Positions 9,836 through 20,384 of a DNA stretch of 64,000 nt are shown here, piece after piece. Under the pieces are notes generated by a model. It ran no database searches. It was not told the DNA's origin and worked only from the letters and a program-made list of their open reading frames with translations. Location: NCBI GenBank assembly GCA_965226055.1, contig CBDDCA010000006.1, positions 672,001 to 736,000 on the forward strand, given 5' to 3'. Both the position numbers and the translations under genes were made by a program. Position 1 is the stretch's first letter; the number at the start of each line of letters is the position of its first letter. The stretch is from Spirochaetia bacterium. GTDB taxonomy: Bacteria > Spirochaetota > Spirochaetia > WTKD01 > G963693115.

Positions 9836-12800
9836 CTACGATGTACATGCTGAACTACCAACTTTTGGATATTGTGCTGTTTTGCCAGCCATAGCTGAGC
9901 CTTGAAAGTCATCGGGATATATTCTTTGTATGTTACACAATTTCCATGATGACAAATCTTGATCAAAATTAGAAGCATTAAAAAATACAAAAAGTTCATT
10001 AATATTTTTATCAGCTATAACCTTCCGTACATCCCAATCTCCTATGTCTTGATTAAAAACACTTGCTCCCTTAAACATAAGCAATATACTGGTAACATTA
10101 CTCATATTCCAGTTTCCTATGTCTTGATTAAATTTAGTAGCCTCACTAAACATAGCATTCATATGGGTTACTTTCCCTACATCCCAATCTCCTATGTCTT
10201 GATTAAAAACACTTGCTTTACTAAACATCCCTCTCATATCCGTTACATTACTGGTATTCCACTGTGTTATGTCTCCATTAAAAGTACTATCATCCTTGAA
10301 TAATTCACTCATATCATCAATAGCACTCGTGTCTATCATGTTGAGATTGGGGCTATTGGTGTTTTGTCTGCCTGCTCCTCTTTCTGCAGTAATAATATCT
10401 TGTAGTGCTTTCTTTGTTGTTGGTCTGTAATAGCTAGCTACTTGTCCTGCTAGTTTCACCAGTCCTGTCTCTACATTGATAGTCGCAAGTGCCTTTTGTC
10501 CCGAGTATGCTCCCGCAGAAGTAATGGTACATTCCACTACCTCGTAGTTATACTCAGTTATAGCAGTATCATGTATGTTTGATTTATTTGCTGTGCCTGT
10601 TATTGTTACTGTATTGGTATTTTTTGCAAATGTTACTGTTAAGCCTGTTTCTTCTTTGAGTGTGCTGTCATCTAAGGTGCTTTCATTACAGGTAAAGGTA
10701 AGTCCACTAGGACTAATACTAGTAAGTACTCTTGTTGTATTTTGTGCGAGTGCTGTGCCTACTGTTGCTGATATCTTTGTGGCGTTTCCTATCACTATTG
10801 TTATGCTGGCAGATACTGCTGTTGCTTCTGCTGATACCTTTGTCTTTTTGAGGCTGTTTACTGCTACTGCGGTGATATAGTATTTTGTATTCAATCGTAG
10901 ATTGCGTATTGTATAGCTTGTTGCTCCTGTTGGCACATCGTCTTTTTCTGCTCCTTCTTGTGCATCGCTTGCTCCTTGTGCTTGTGTCTTTACTGTTGCT
11001 CCATCTATGTTTGTTTTTGAGGCTGCATAGTATACTATGTAATCTATTTGATTATCTCTTAAATCAGTTCCGTCTTCTGTCGTTCCTTTTACGGTTGGGG
11101 CTGTTATGGTAAGTACTATAGTAGCTCCTTGTGCATTTGCTTGTATGGTGGGCTTTCCTGGTGCGGCATAGGCTTCTTTTGCGATAAACTCCTTGCGTAG
11201 TCCTGTTGCTTCTTTGTTGGTATCGGTGCTGTTTACTGCTTGTACTACTATTTCGTAGCTTGTGCCTACTGTCAATCCTGTCAGAGTGCTGTTGGTTGTT
11301 CCTGCTGCTACTGTTGTGGAGCTTCCTGCTGTTTTTATTTGTGCTACTGTCCTTGTTGTACTGCCACTTTTGGCTACTTTGTATACTTTGTACGATACTT
11401 GTGCTACTGTTAGGGTGTCTCCTTTGTTTGTTTTGTGGCTTGCATTGAGGCTGGGGGCTGTCCACGATATTGTTGCACTCCCTCCTGTTACTCCCCCTAC
11501 TTGTATGTTGCTTACTTCTGCGGGGGCAGTCGCTTGTGATGCGGTTGTTACACTTGCCACTGTCGATACTGCTTTTTTGCTTGTGTCTGTTTTTACTGCT
11601 ACTTCTACCACAAAGTGATACTTTGTTGCTCCTTTTATTGCTACTACTGGTGCTGTTTCGCTAGACAAACCTAAACTGCTAAGGGCTGATACTGTGTACA
11701 CTCCACTACTTGCTGTGCCTATACTTACTCTTCTGCCTCTTTGTACTTCTGCTACTGTTGGTGTTGTGTCTTTCTGTAAGCCGTATACTGTGTATACTAG
11801 CTCATCATTGCTTGTTACTGTTGTGCCATCTTTGTTTTTTGCTCCTGTTATTGTGCTTAACTGTGTGAGTACGAGCTTTATTGTTCCTACTGTGTTTGTT
11901 GAGGGTGATACTACCAGCTTGCCTGTTAAGGACGATGTAGGGGCTGTTGCTTTTGAGGTGGGGATAGTGCTTAATTCTAGTTTTTGTATCAGTGCGGGGT
12001 CTTTACTTTGTGCTTTCTTTGTTGCATAGGGATTGAGGCTGTTTATTGCTTCTATGCCTATGGTATATACTGCTCCCTTTGTTCCTATAAATGTTCCTCG
12101 TAAGCTGCTGTTTCCTGCTATCTCTTGTGTTTGTACTCCTCCCATTGCTTTTATTTCACCTATAGTTTTAGTACTCTGGTCTCCTGCTACTATGTATACT
12201 TTGTATTGTATTTGTGCTTGTGTGAGTTGTCTATCGTTGGGTGCTTTGTGATTGCTGGTAATTGTTCCTTTTTGAAACTCATACTGCACGGTATCGCTTG
12301 TTTGTGTTGATGTTTCGATAAACAGAGTGAGATTCTCTGGTGCTGGGGGGACAGTGGATACTGCATCATATACTGCTACTTTATCAGTGAGCGTTGTTGG
12401 GGGACTTACTCTGTTATTTTCTACTGTGAGAAAGGTAAAGCTATAGCTTTTTGCATTTGCTTGTGTTGAGGATACTTCTATGCCATCTGCTATGCCAAAG
12501 CTAATGGTGGTAGCTGTACTTGTTATGCTTTTTTCTGCTACCAAGTTTGTGCCATCTAACATACGCAGGGTGTAGTATCGTCCTATGCCTGGAGCTTGCT
12601 TAAAGGTTGCTTTTATTTGTATTGCTCCTGTACTTGTATCAAGTGTAGGCTTGCTTTGAAAGAGATCTTCTGAGGGGGCTGTGAGTGAGTTGGGGGTGCT
12701 TATGTCTTTTATGGCTTGGGTGCTTTTATTTTCTGAGTAATCATAGGTGAGTATTGTTACGGTATATGTTTTTCCTTGCGTGAGTTCTTCGACAGAGAGT

Positions 12801-14501
12801 GCTGTCGTGGGATAGGGTATTTTCTTCTCGCTCAGTACTGTGGCGCTTGTGCCTTTCTCTTGTATGCTTATGCTGTATTCTTTTATGTCTTTGTTATTGG
12901 CTTTTATTGTATCGGGGGCTGTCCATGTTATCTGTGTGCCTATCTTCGCTGCTGATACAAAAGGATAGCTTGCTTGTATGTTTGTCACTGCATCGGGGGC
13001 GGTGCTATCTGCTGCGGTAGTGACTGTAGCATTTTCTGCTGTTCCTTTGTTGCCTGCACTGTCCATTGATACGACTGCCACTGTATACTCGGTGGTAGCT
13101 TTGAGGCCTGGTATCTGTGTGTTGCGTACTGCTCTCTCTGTTATTGTCACTGTCTTTGCTGCGGTACTGCTGTCCTTTTCTGTTGCTGTTATAGTCACTC
13201 CTGCGTAATCTCGTACATCGGGGGCTTGCCAGCCTACTACTATGCTATCTGCTCCTCCTACTGCACTTACATTGCTTACAGGCTCTGTACTTTTGTCTGT
13301 TGTTGCTTGCTCTTTTGACACTGCAGTGGAGTACTTTCCGTTTTGAGAAACATACACCTCTACTTTGTATGTAAGCGTGCCGTAGAGTTTTGTGAGTGCT
13401 ATGCCATCTTTTGCTACATACACAGTTGCATATTCTTTGTTTTGTGCGGTTGCTCCGCTGAGTGTTGCAGTACTGCTATTGTTCACAGTTTCCTCTGCTA
13501 CTACTGTATTTGTTGCTGTTGCTATCACTCGTACTAAGAGGCTTTTGTCCGTAAAGGCAAAGCTCCCCCACTTGATAAGCAGGCTTTCATCGGCTGGGCT
13601 ATTGCTTTTATCGTTTGCTGTTACTGTAAAGTCTGCCTCTGGCAGTGGCGTTACTGTTTGTGAAAGCTGTGATGCTTGCACGCCTGTCAATACTGTTGTA
13701 GGACTGCTTGTGTTATCATTTCTGTCTTTGTAGCGTATTTCTACATCATAGGATATGCCTGCAAGCGTGGAGACATTTGAAAGTATAACTTCTCCTTGCT
13801 GTAGGTTCTGCACGGTAGCTTGTGCAAGCACTATGCCACCAGTCGTGCTTTTTACCACTATTTTGGCTTCTGCTATGTCTGTTTTGCCTGATGCAAGTCG
13901 CTCTTTGTCCCATGTTATCTTTATGCCATCCCCCGACTTCTCTACTCCTACCTGTGTCAATGTGTCCTGTGGTGCAGTAGTATCTATCAGTGTTGTCACA
14001 GAGCGTGTTGTTTTTGGTGATACTTCTGTGTCTTTTTGTGCTTCTATCTCTACGGTGTAGTCGGTGAGTGCTTGTAAGCCTTTGAGTTGGTACGATTGTC
14101 CTTGTTGAAAGAGTGTTTGATATTCTATTGCAGGAACACGCACTTGTATTGATTGTGCTGGTGTCGATGATGTAGCTTTTACGACTACATGCGTGGCTTC
14201 GCTTGGGGCTTCCCAGCGTAATGCAAGTGTCCCATCGTTGCTTGCTACTTGTATCTGCACATTGGACACTGATGCGAGTGTCGGGGTTACCTGTTTTCCC
14301 CCTCCGCCTGATGAGGAACTGCTACTGCCCTCCGAACATCCTACGAGTACGAGGGTAGTCATTGCTAGCACTAAAAATAATGCTACTAGAGTTAGGTTTT
14401 GCTTATATCGAGAGTGTACCCCCCCCCCCCCCAATTTTCACGCTGTATAGCTCATCGTTTTGATAGCTATTATTCATCCATACTTTCAAGTGTTTTTTCA
14501 T
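9836..14501 (-). CDS. Giant surface lipoprotein with FN3-like domains and C-terminal DUF285/BspA-type repeats; frameshifted at a G14 tract (phase-variable, OFF as sequenced)
   Basis: AAGGAGG RBS plus ATG at 14501; the main frame (14434-9836) carries the signal H-region and lipobox LVG-C, a poly-Ser/Gly linker, W.AP...Y.V...L...T.Y.V FN3 motifs and 25-aa MF..A..FNQDIG.W repeats; G13 or G16 would join the ATG to the main frame. Confidence 0.85.
9950..10330 (-). repeat. DUF285/BspA-like 75-nt (25-aa) tandem repeats
   Basis: Exact 40-nt duplication at 10028-10067 and 10178-10217 (150 nt apart); protein repeat MF..AS.FNQDIGDWDV.KV; boundaries approximate. Confidence 0.85.
14419..14432 (-). repeat. 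Homopolymeric G14 tract (C14 on + strand) within the signal-peptide coding region
   Basis: Minus strand reads GTGAAAATT-G14-TACACTC; 14 consecutive C counted on the + strand. Confidence 0.95.
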
Positions 14502-14649
14502 AAGGCCTCCTTACGGTTGTTTTATTATCGTATATATTTTCAATACCACAATAGTTATTATAGTAAAAATACTATTTTTTTTGGGTAAAAGCACAAAAAA
14601 ATAAAGCAATTTACTTGATTTTTTGTAAAATATACTGTACTATATACAT

Positions 14650-16113
14650 ATGAAAAAATATGATCCAAAAACAATTATTTCTGAGCTTCCAAAAAATTTA
14701 TATATTAATGGAAAATGGACTTCAGCAAGTGGAGAGACTATAGAAGTTGATAATCCAGCTACTGAAGAAATTATAGCTACTGTTGAAGTAGGTAATGATA
14801 TACATGCAAAGCAAGCAGTGGATGCTGCAGAGCAAGGTGCTAAAATATGGCAAAATGATTTTACTGCACGTGATAGGGCAGAGGTGCTAAGAAAAGCGTT
14901 TGATATTCTTATAGAAAGAGCAGAGTATTATGCTCATGTTATCACCATAGAACACGGAAAACCGCTTGCTCAATCAGTAGCAGAAATAAAATATTCTGCT
15001 GAATTTTTTCGTTGGTTTGCAGAAGAAGGTGTTCGTAATATAGGCGAGTACTATGAGTCGCCAACAACGGGTGCAAATATTATGGTGCATCATAAACCAG
15101 CAGGAATAGCATTGCTTATTACTCCGTGGAATTTTCCTCTTTCTATGGGAACTCGTAAAATTGGTCCTGCTCTTGCTGCAGGGTGTTCTGTAATAGTAAA
15201 ACCTGCATCAGCTACCCCATTTACAATTATTGCACTTGCTCAGGTGCTAGAGGAAGCAGGAGTACCTCCGGGAGTAGTAAATATTCTTCCTTGCAAAGGA
15301 TCGTCTAATGCAATCAATGTAATACTAGAAGATCCTCGTGTACGAGTAGTATCATTTACAGGTTCTACCTATGTTGGAAAAACACTCTTGGTAAATTCTG
15401 CAAAAAATGTGCTTAATTGTTCAATGGAACTAGGAGGAAACGCTCCTTTTATTGTCACTGAAAACGCAGATTTACAAAAAGCCTTAGATGGTGCTGCAGT
15501 AGCGAAGATGAGAAACATGGGAGAATCTTGTGTTGCAGCAAATAGATTTTATGTTCATGAGTCCCAGTACGAAACATTTATTGAATTATTTGCAGAGAGA
15601 ATGGCAAAGTTAAAAGTGGGAAATGGGTTAGAAGATGGCATAGATGTTGGTCCTGTTATCAATAGAAAAGCTCAAAAGGATGTGCATGCATTTGTAGAAG
15701 ATGCTATAAGTAAAGGAGCAAAAATTGTGACAGGAGGAAGTATTCCTGAGGGGATAGGCTGTTTTTATCCTCCAACAGTACTTCGTGATGTATCAGCGGA
15801 TAGTAAAACAATATGTGAAGAGATTTTTGGTCCTGTAGCTCCTATTAGAAAATATACATCAGAAGAAGATATGATAAAAGAAGCAAACGATAGCCCAGAT
15901 GGGCTTGCAGGATATGTGTTTAGTGAAAACATAACGCAAGCAGTACGTATATCAAAAAAATTAGAAGTTGGTATGGTAGGAGTAAACAGAGGAATGCTCT
16001 CTGATCCTGCTGCTCCTTTTGGTGGAGTAAAACAAAGCGGGCTTGGACGTGAGGGGGCTCATGAAGGACTTATGGAGTTTTTAGAAACACAGTATCTTTC
16101 AATAGATTTATAG
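14650..16113 (+). CDS. gabD: NAD(P)-dependent succinate-semialdehyde dehydrogenase
   Basis: ITPWNFP, SFTGST, MELGGNAPF, RNMGESCVAANR (catalytic Cys), EEIFGPVAP, PFGGVKQSGLGREG. Confidence 0.85.
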   Translation: MKKYDPKTIISELPKNLYINGKWTSASGETIEVDNPATEEIIATVEVGNDIHAKQAVDAAEQGAKIWQNDFTARDRAEVLRKAFDILIERAEYYAHVITIEHGKPLAQSVAEIKYSAEFFRWFAEEGVRNIGEYYESPTTGANIMVHHKPAGIALLITPWNFPLSMGTRKIGPALAAGCSVIVKPASATPFTIIALAQVLEEAGVPPGVVNILPCKGSSNAINVILEDPRVRVVSFTGSTYVGKTLLVNSAKNVLNCSMELGGNAPFIVTENADLQKALDGAAVAKMRNMGESCVAANRFYVHESQYETFIELFAERMAKLKVGNGLEDGIDVGPVINRKAQKDVHAFVEDAISKGAKIVTGGSIPEGIGCFYPPTVLRDVSADSKTICEEIFGPVAPIRKYTSEEDMIKEANDSPDGLAGYVFSENITQAVRISKKLEVGMVGVNRGMLSDPAAPFGGVKQSGLGREGAHEGLMEFLETQYLSIDL

Positions 16114-16155
16114 AAGTATCATTACAGCGTATACTACTACAATACAATAAGAGAA

Positions 16156-16197
16156 GCGTACATCAAAGGGAGAACTTTGCTATACTTTGATGTATGC
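16156..16197. terminator. Stem-loop downstream of gabD
   Basis: GCGTACATCAAAG...CTTTGATGTATGC inverted repeat with a 16-nt loop; no clear U-tract. Confidence 0.4.
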
Positions 16198-16257
16198 ACA
16201 GTAATATTCCTTTCTATGCTATTCTATACTATATACTGAGGCATTAGTTATTATATC

Positions 16258-17613
16258 ATGAATAAGCATAATTATATATCTCCAAAAATCTTGAAAGGAT
16301 TTCGGGATTTTCTTCCTGCACAACAATCTACTCGTAATTACTGTATTGCTCAAATACAAGAAGTGTTTTCGCGTTTTTGTTATGCTCCTATTGACACCCC
16401 TATCTTAGAGTATGAAGAAGTATTACTAGGAAAGGGCGGAGGGGAAACAGATAAGCAAGTGTACTGTTTTACTGATCAAGGGAAGCGTAATGTTGCTATG
16501 CGCTTTGATCTTACTGTTCCCTTTGCTCGTTTTGTAGCAATGCATCATCATGAACTTGCATTTCCTTTTGCACGATACCATATTGGAAAAGTGTTTCGGG
16601 GAGAGAATACGCAAAAAGGTCGGTATAGGGAATTTACGCAATGTGATTTTGATATCATAGGGACAGACACTGTTTCTGCAGATATTACTATTATTGAAAC
16701 GATAGTGAGTGCTTTACAAGCACTGGGAATACACAATGTAAAAATACATATCTCACACAGAGAGCTCATAACATCGCTATTGTCTGAACACGATGAAGTA
16801 ACACAAATAGAAGTTATGAGAATTATAGATAAAATAAAAAAGATAGGAAGCACTGCGGTACAAAATCAATTAGCTTCTGTTCTTCCCGAAAGTACACTTA
16901 GTCCTTTGTTAGAATGTATTACAAGTACTGTTTCCTGTGATAAGCAAATATCACAGGAAGAATATAATCATACTGTGCTTGCCACTATACAGAAATATGT
17001 AGGCGAAAAGAACCCTGCCTATGTACGTCTTAGTGAGATACTTACAGCAGTAGGAGAAATAGGATTAGGACAGGTAATAGTGCTTGATACAAGTATAACA
17101 CGAGGGCTGGATTATTATACTGGTTTTGTATGTGAAACATTTATTTCTTCATTTGAAGATGTTGGATCTATTTGTTCAGGAGGGCGATACAATAACCTTA
17201 CAGGAATATATACAAAACATAGTATGCCTGGAGTTGGGGCATCTATTGGATTGGATAGATTACTTTCCATTTTTGAAAGCAGTATTTCTGTGCCAAAGGT
17301 GGTTTCTATAGCCATCTATGCAATGGAACAAGAAAGTGTTGCGTACTGCCATACTATTATGAAAGTGCTTCATGATCATAAGTATTGTGCTCTTGTATAT
17401 TCTCCACGTAAAGGGTATGATAACAGTAACTTAAAAGATTTTTTTAAGTTCACTGATACTACAGATCCTGATTTTAGTATCGTTATTGGGAATGAAGAGC
17501 GTACACATAGTACTATCACTATTACTCATATTAAGACAAAAAGACAATTACGCAATGTTGCTATAAACACTGGACTTACTTTTATACATGAACAATCAAG
17601 CACTGCAGAATAA
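16258..17613 (+). CDS. hisS: Histidine--tRNA ligase
   Basis: KGFRDFLP, RFDLTVPFAR, FRGENTQKGRYREFTQCDFD, RGLDYYTG, GGRYNNL, GVGASIGLDR. Confidence 0.95.
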   Translation: MNKHNYISPKILKGFRDFLPAQQSTRNYCIAQIQEVFSRFCYAPIDTPILEYEEVLLGKGGGETDKQVYCFTDQGKRNVAMRFDLTVPFARFVAMHHHELAFPFARYHIGKVFRGENTQKGRYREFTQCDFDIIGTDTVSADITIIETIVSALQALGIHNVKIHISHRELITSLLSEHDEVTQIEVMRIIDKIKKIGSTAVQNQLASVLPESTLSPLLECITSTVSCDKQISQEEYNHTVLATIQKYVGEKNPAYVRLSEILTAVGEIGLGQVIVLDTSITRGLDYYTGFVCETFISSFEDVGSICSGGRYNNLTGIYTKHSMPGVGASIGLDRLLSIFESSISVPKVVSIAIYAMEQESVAYCHTIMKVLHDHKYCALVYSPRKGYDNSNLKDFFKFTDTTDPDFSIVIGNEERTHSTITITHIKTKRQLRNVAINTGLTFIHEQSSTAE

Positions 17614-20329
17614 ATTTCTTTCTTTACCTATTTATCAGCAAAAACACAGAATAATAGAAGCCCTAGAGCATCATCAAATTATAGTAGTAGAAAGTAATAC
17701 GGGATCAGGAAAGACAACTCAATTACCACTTATTCTGTTAGAGCATGGGTACAGCAGAGATGGGCTTATCATTGGTATGACAGAACCTAGGAGAATAGCA
17801 GCTGTGTCAGTGGCTCAGTATGTGCAAACGCAGCTTGTAAATACTCCTTCTTTTTTACACTCTCTTGGTGATGCACATCAACAGACAGATCCTTTATTTG
17901 TGGGATATAAAATTCGCTTTGAGGACAAAACAACTGAACATACAAAGATAAAAATTATGACGGATGGCATCTTATTACAAGAGTTCAAAAAAGATCCATA
18001 CCTCTCGCATTACTCAACAATTATCATAGATGAAGCACATGAACGTAGCCTTAATATAGACTTTATTCTTGGTCTCATAAAAGAATTATGTAGTGTACGT
18101 AGTTCCTTAAAAGTTATTATTTCATCAGCAACGATAAATACTGCTTTATTTTCAACATTTTTCTTTCATTGTCCTATTATTAAAGTGGAAGCTCCCTCTT
18201 ACCCTATACAGACATTCTTTTCTCCTTCTCCTCAAAAGAGTAATAGGAGAGAAAAGTTGAAAAAGAAAAAGAATAATAGATTTTTCCCCCGAGAACGAAT
18301 GAGTTTTTTTGAAATAGATTCTGATGTTCTTATTGCCCATATTGTCACAATAGTACAACAATCACTACAAAAAAAAGAAGGGGATATTCTTATTTTTCTT
18401 GCAGGTGAAAAACAAATAAAAGATTGTGTGGATGCATTGTATACCATTTCACAGACACATGCTCTGCACATACTTCCTTTATATGGGAGGCTTGACAATC
18501 GTTCTCAGGAGTTAGTGTTTGATCCTGCTCCTGCAAATACTACAAAGATTGTTATTGCTACAAATATAGCTGAAACAAGTATTACTATTGATACTATTAA
18601 GGTGGTGATTGATTCTGGTCGTGTAAAGCGTAATACCTATCATCACGATACATACATTACAACATTGGATGAAATAGCCATATCTCGTGCTTCGGCATTG
18701 CAAAGAAAAGGAAGGGCAGGCAGAACAAGTCCTGGTGTATGTTATCATCTGTATCGAAAACAAGAGTTTGAAGCGTTAGAGCCATTTTCAAAGGAAGAAA
18801 TACATAGAACTGATTTATCCGAAGTGATACTTCGTATGGCGTATCAAGGAATAAAAAACTTCGAAAAATTCCCTTTTATTTCTCCTCCAAAAAAACAGTC
18901 TGTACATGCCAGTATAGCTATGCTTCAAGAACTTGATGCATTGGATAAAAAACAGCTTATTACTGATATAGGGTCTCTTATGTCAGAATTTCCTCTGCTT
19001 CCTATACATGCAAGAATGTTAGTAGAAGGAATACAGCAGTATCCTGATGTTCTTGATGCTATTATTACTGTTGTTTCTTTTCTTTCTACTCCTAATCCTT
19101 TTTTGTTGCCTATAGGAGAAGAAGTGCAAGCTCGCAAGGCACATCGTGCATTATCTGTACAGGACAATGATTTTCTTAGCTATATCAATATTTTCACATT
19201 GTTTACAGAAACACATAGTACCGAGAGAGCAGCATTTTGTGAGCAGTATTACTTAGATGAACAAACAATGTATGAAATTTATAATGTCTACACACAGTTA
19301 CGTAATCAGGTTTCGGAAAAGGGAGTTCCTATAGGGACACAGCATCACAAAGAAAAGATTATTTGTGCCATTATGAAAGGGCTTGTATTTAATATTTGTA
19401 TACTAGAAAAAGCACATCATTATTGTAATAGAAGAGGTGAGAAAATATATATTCATCCTGGTTCTATGTTATTTGATCAAAAGCAATTACCAGCAATACT
19501 GATAGCAGGAGAGATTGTGCAAACAAGCAAAAAATTTGCCCGTTCTGCTTCAGGATGTAGGATTAACTGGATTCAGAATGTAGCCCCCCATATTTATCAA
19601 GAATTACAGGGTGTTCTAAAAGAAAAAAAAGATACGCACACTTCAAAACAAAGGCAATCCTCACAAGGTATTGATTCTTCTAAAAAACAGTCATCTGCAT
19701 ATAAAAAAGAACAGCACATGCTTTCTATTGCAAACACAACATATACATTACAGTACATACATGAAAAAAAGGTACTATTGCTTACATGGAAGGAAATGAA
19801 GCAGATAGCGAAATATATATCATCAGATGAACTATATCGTTTTGGGAGAGTACGCTGTCTTGTATCAATAAAACAGCGTAGCTATTTACCTATCATTAAG
19901 CTATCAAGTATTCCTGTACTGAACGCACTTGAAAAGATACTGCTTCCTCCTCTTACTGCACTTCCATTACCCTATGCTCCCTCTAAAGAGAATGAGGACT
20001 CAGATAGCACTGCTGACAATAAAATACAACATGCTCTTATTGAAGGCTGTATGTCTCTCTATGTTAAGCATGATGGTAAAAAAGCCTCTGCATCTTCTAC
20101 AGCAACGCAGTATCCAATGAATGTTTTGTTTTGTTCTCTTGAAACAGGAAAACATGGCTCACGCTATATAGATCTAAGCACACATTTTTTGACATCACTG
20201 TACAACAGTATGCGTTCAATAGAATTACTTATAGAAGAACAGAGTGACAAAAAACATATTGCAAAAGCACAAAAGGTATATGCACAGCTCCATGCTGCAT
20301 ACCAGCTATTAGAGGAGCATGAAGGGTAA
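17588..20329 (+). CDS. hrpA: ATP-dependent RNA helicase HrpA (DEAH-box)
   Basis: TGSGKTTQLP, PRRIAA, DEAHERS, SAT, ATNIAETSITID, QRKGRAGR, HA2 and OB-fold region. Confidence 0.9.
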   Translation: MNNQALQNKFLSLPIYQQKHRIIEALEHHQIIVVESNTGSGKTTQLPLILLEHGYSRDGLIIGMTEPRRIAAVSVAQYVQTQLVNTPSFLHSLGDAHQQTDPLFVGYKIRFEDKTTEHTKIKIMTDGILLQEFKKDPYLSHYSTIIIDEAHERSLNIDFILGLIKELCSVRSSLKVIISSATINTALFSTFFFHCPIIKVEAPSYPIQTFFSPSPQKSNRREKLKKKKNNRFFPRERMSFFEIDSDVLIAHIVTIVQQSLQKKEGDILIFLAGEKQIKDCVDALYTISQTHALHILPLYGRLDNRSQELVFDPAPANTTKIVIATNIAETSITIDTIKVVIDSGRVKRNTYHHDTYITTLDEIAISRASALQRKGRAGRTSPGVCYHLYRKQEFEALEPFSKEEIHRTDLSEVILRMAYQGIKNFEKFPFISPPKKQSVHASIAMLQELDALDKKQLITDIGSLMSEFPLLPIHARMLVEGIQQYPDVLDAIITVVSFLSTPNPFLLPIGEEVQARKAHRALSVQDNDFLSYINIFTLFTETHSTERAAFCEQYYLDEQTMYEIYNVYTQLRNQVSEKGVPIGTQHHKEKIICAIMKGLVFNICILEKAHHYCNRRGEKIYIHPGSMLFDQKQLPAILIAGEIVQTSKKFARSASGCRINWIQNVAPHIYQELQGVLKEKKDTHTSKQRQSSQGIDSSKKQSSAYKKEQHMLSIANTTYTLQYIHEKKVLLLTWKEMKQIAKYISSDELYRFGRVRCLVSIKQRSYLPIIKLSSIPVLNALEKILLPPLTALPLPYAPSKENEDSDSTADNKIQHALIEGCMSLYVKHDGKKASASSTATQYPMNVLFCSLETGKHGSRYIDLSTHFLTSLYNSMRSIELLIEEQSDKKHIAKAQKVYAQLHAAYQLLEEHEG

Positions 20330-20384
20330 ATATATAGAAGTAATTTAGTGTATAATATAACTATATTAGTTAAGAGGAGAGGTT

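Noticed and set aside
14432-14434. TTG start proposed by the ORF track (MGGGGVHSR...)
   Set aside because: No RBS; the strong RBS and ATG at 14501 with a tract frameshift explain the locus better
9959-14450. Many + strand ORFs (60-120 aa) opposite the giant FN3 gene
   Set aside because: Antisense shadows caused by the A-ending codon bias; Leu/Val/Cys-rich nonsense translations with no RBS
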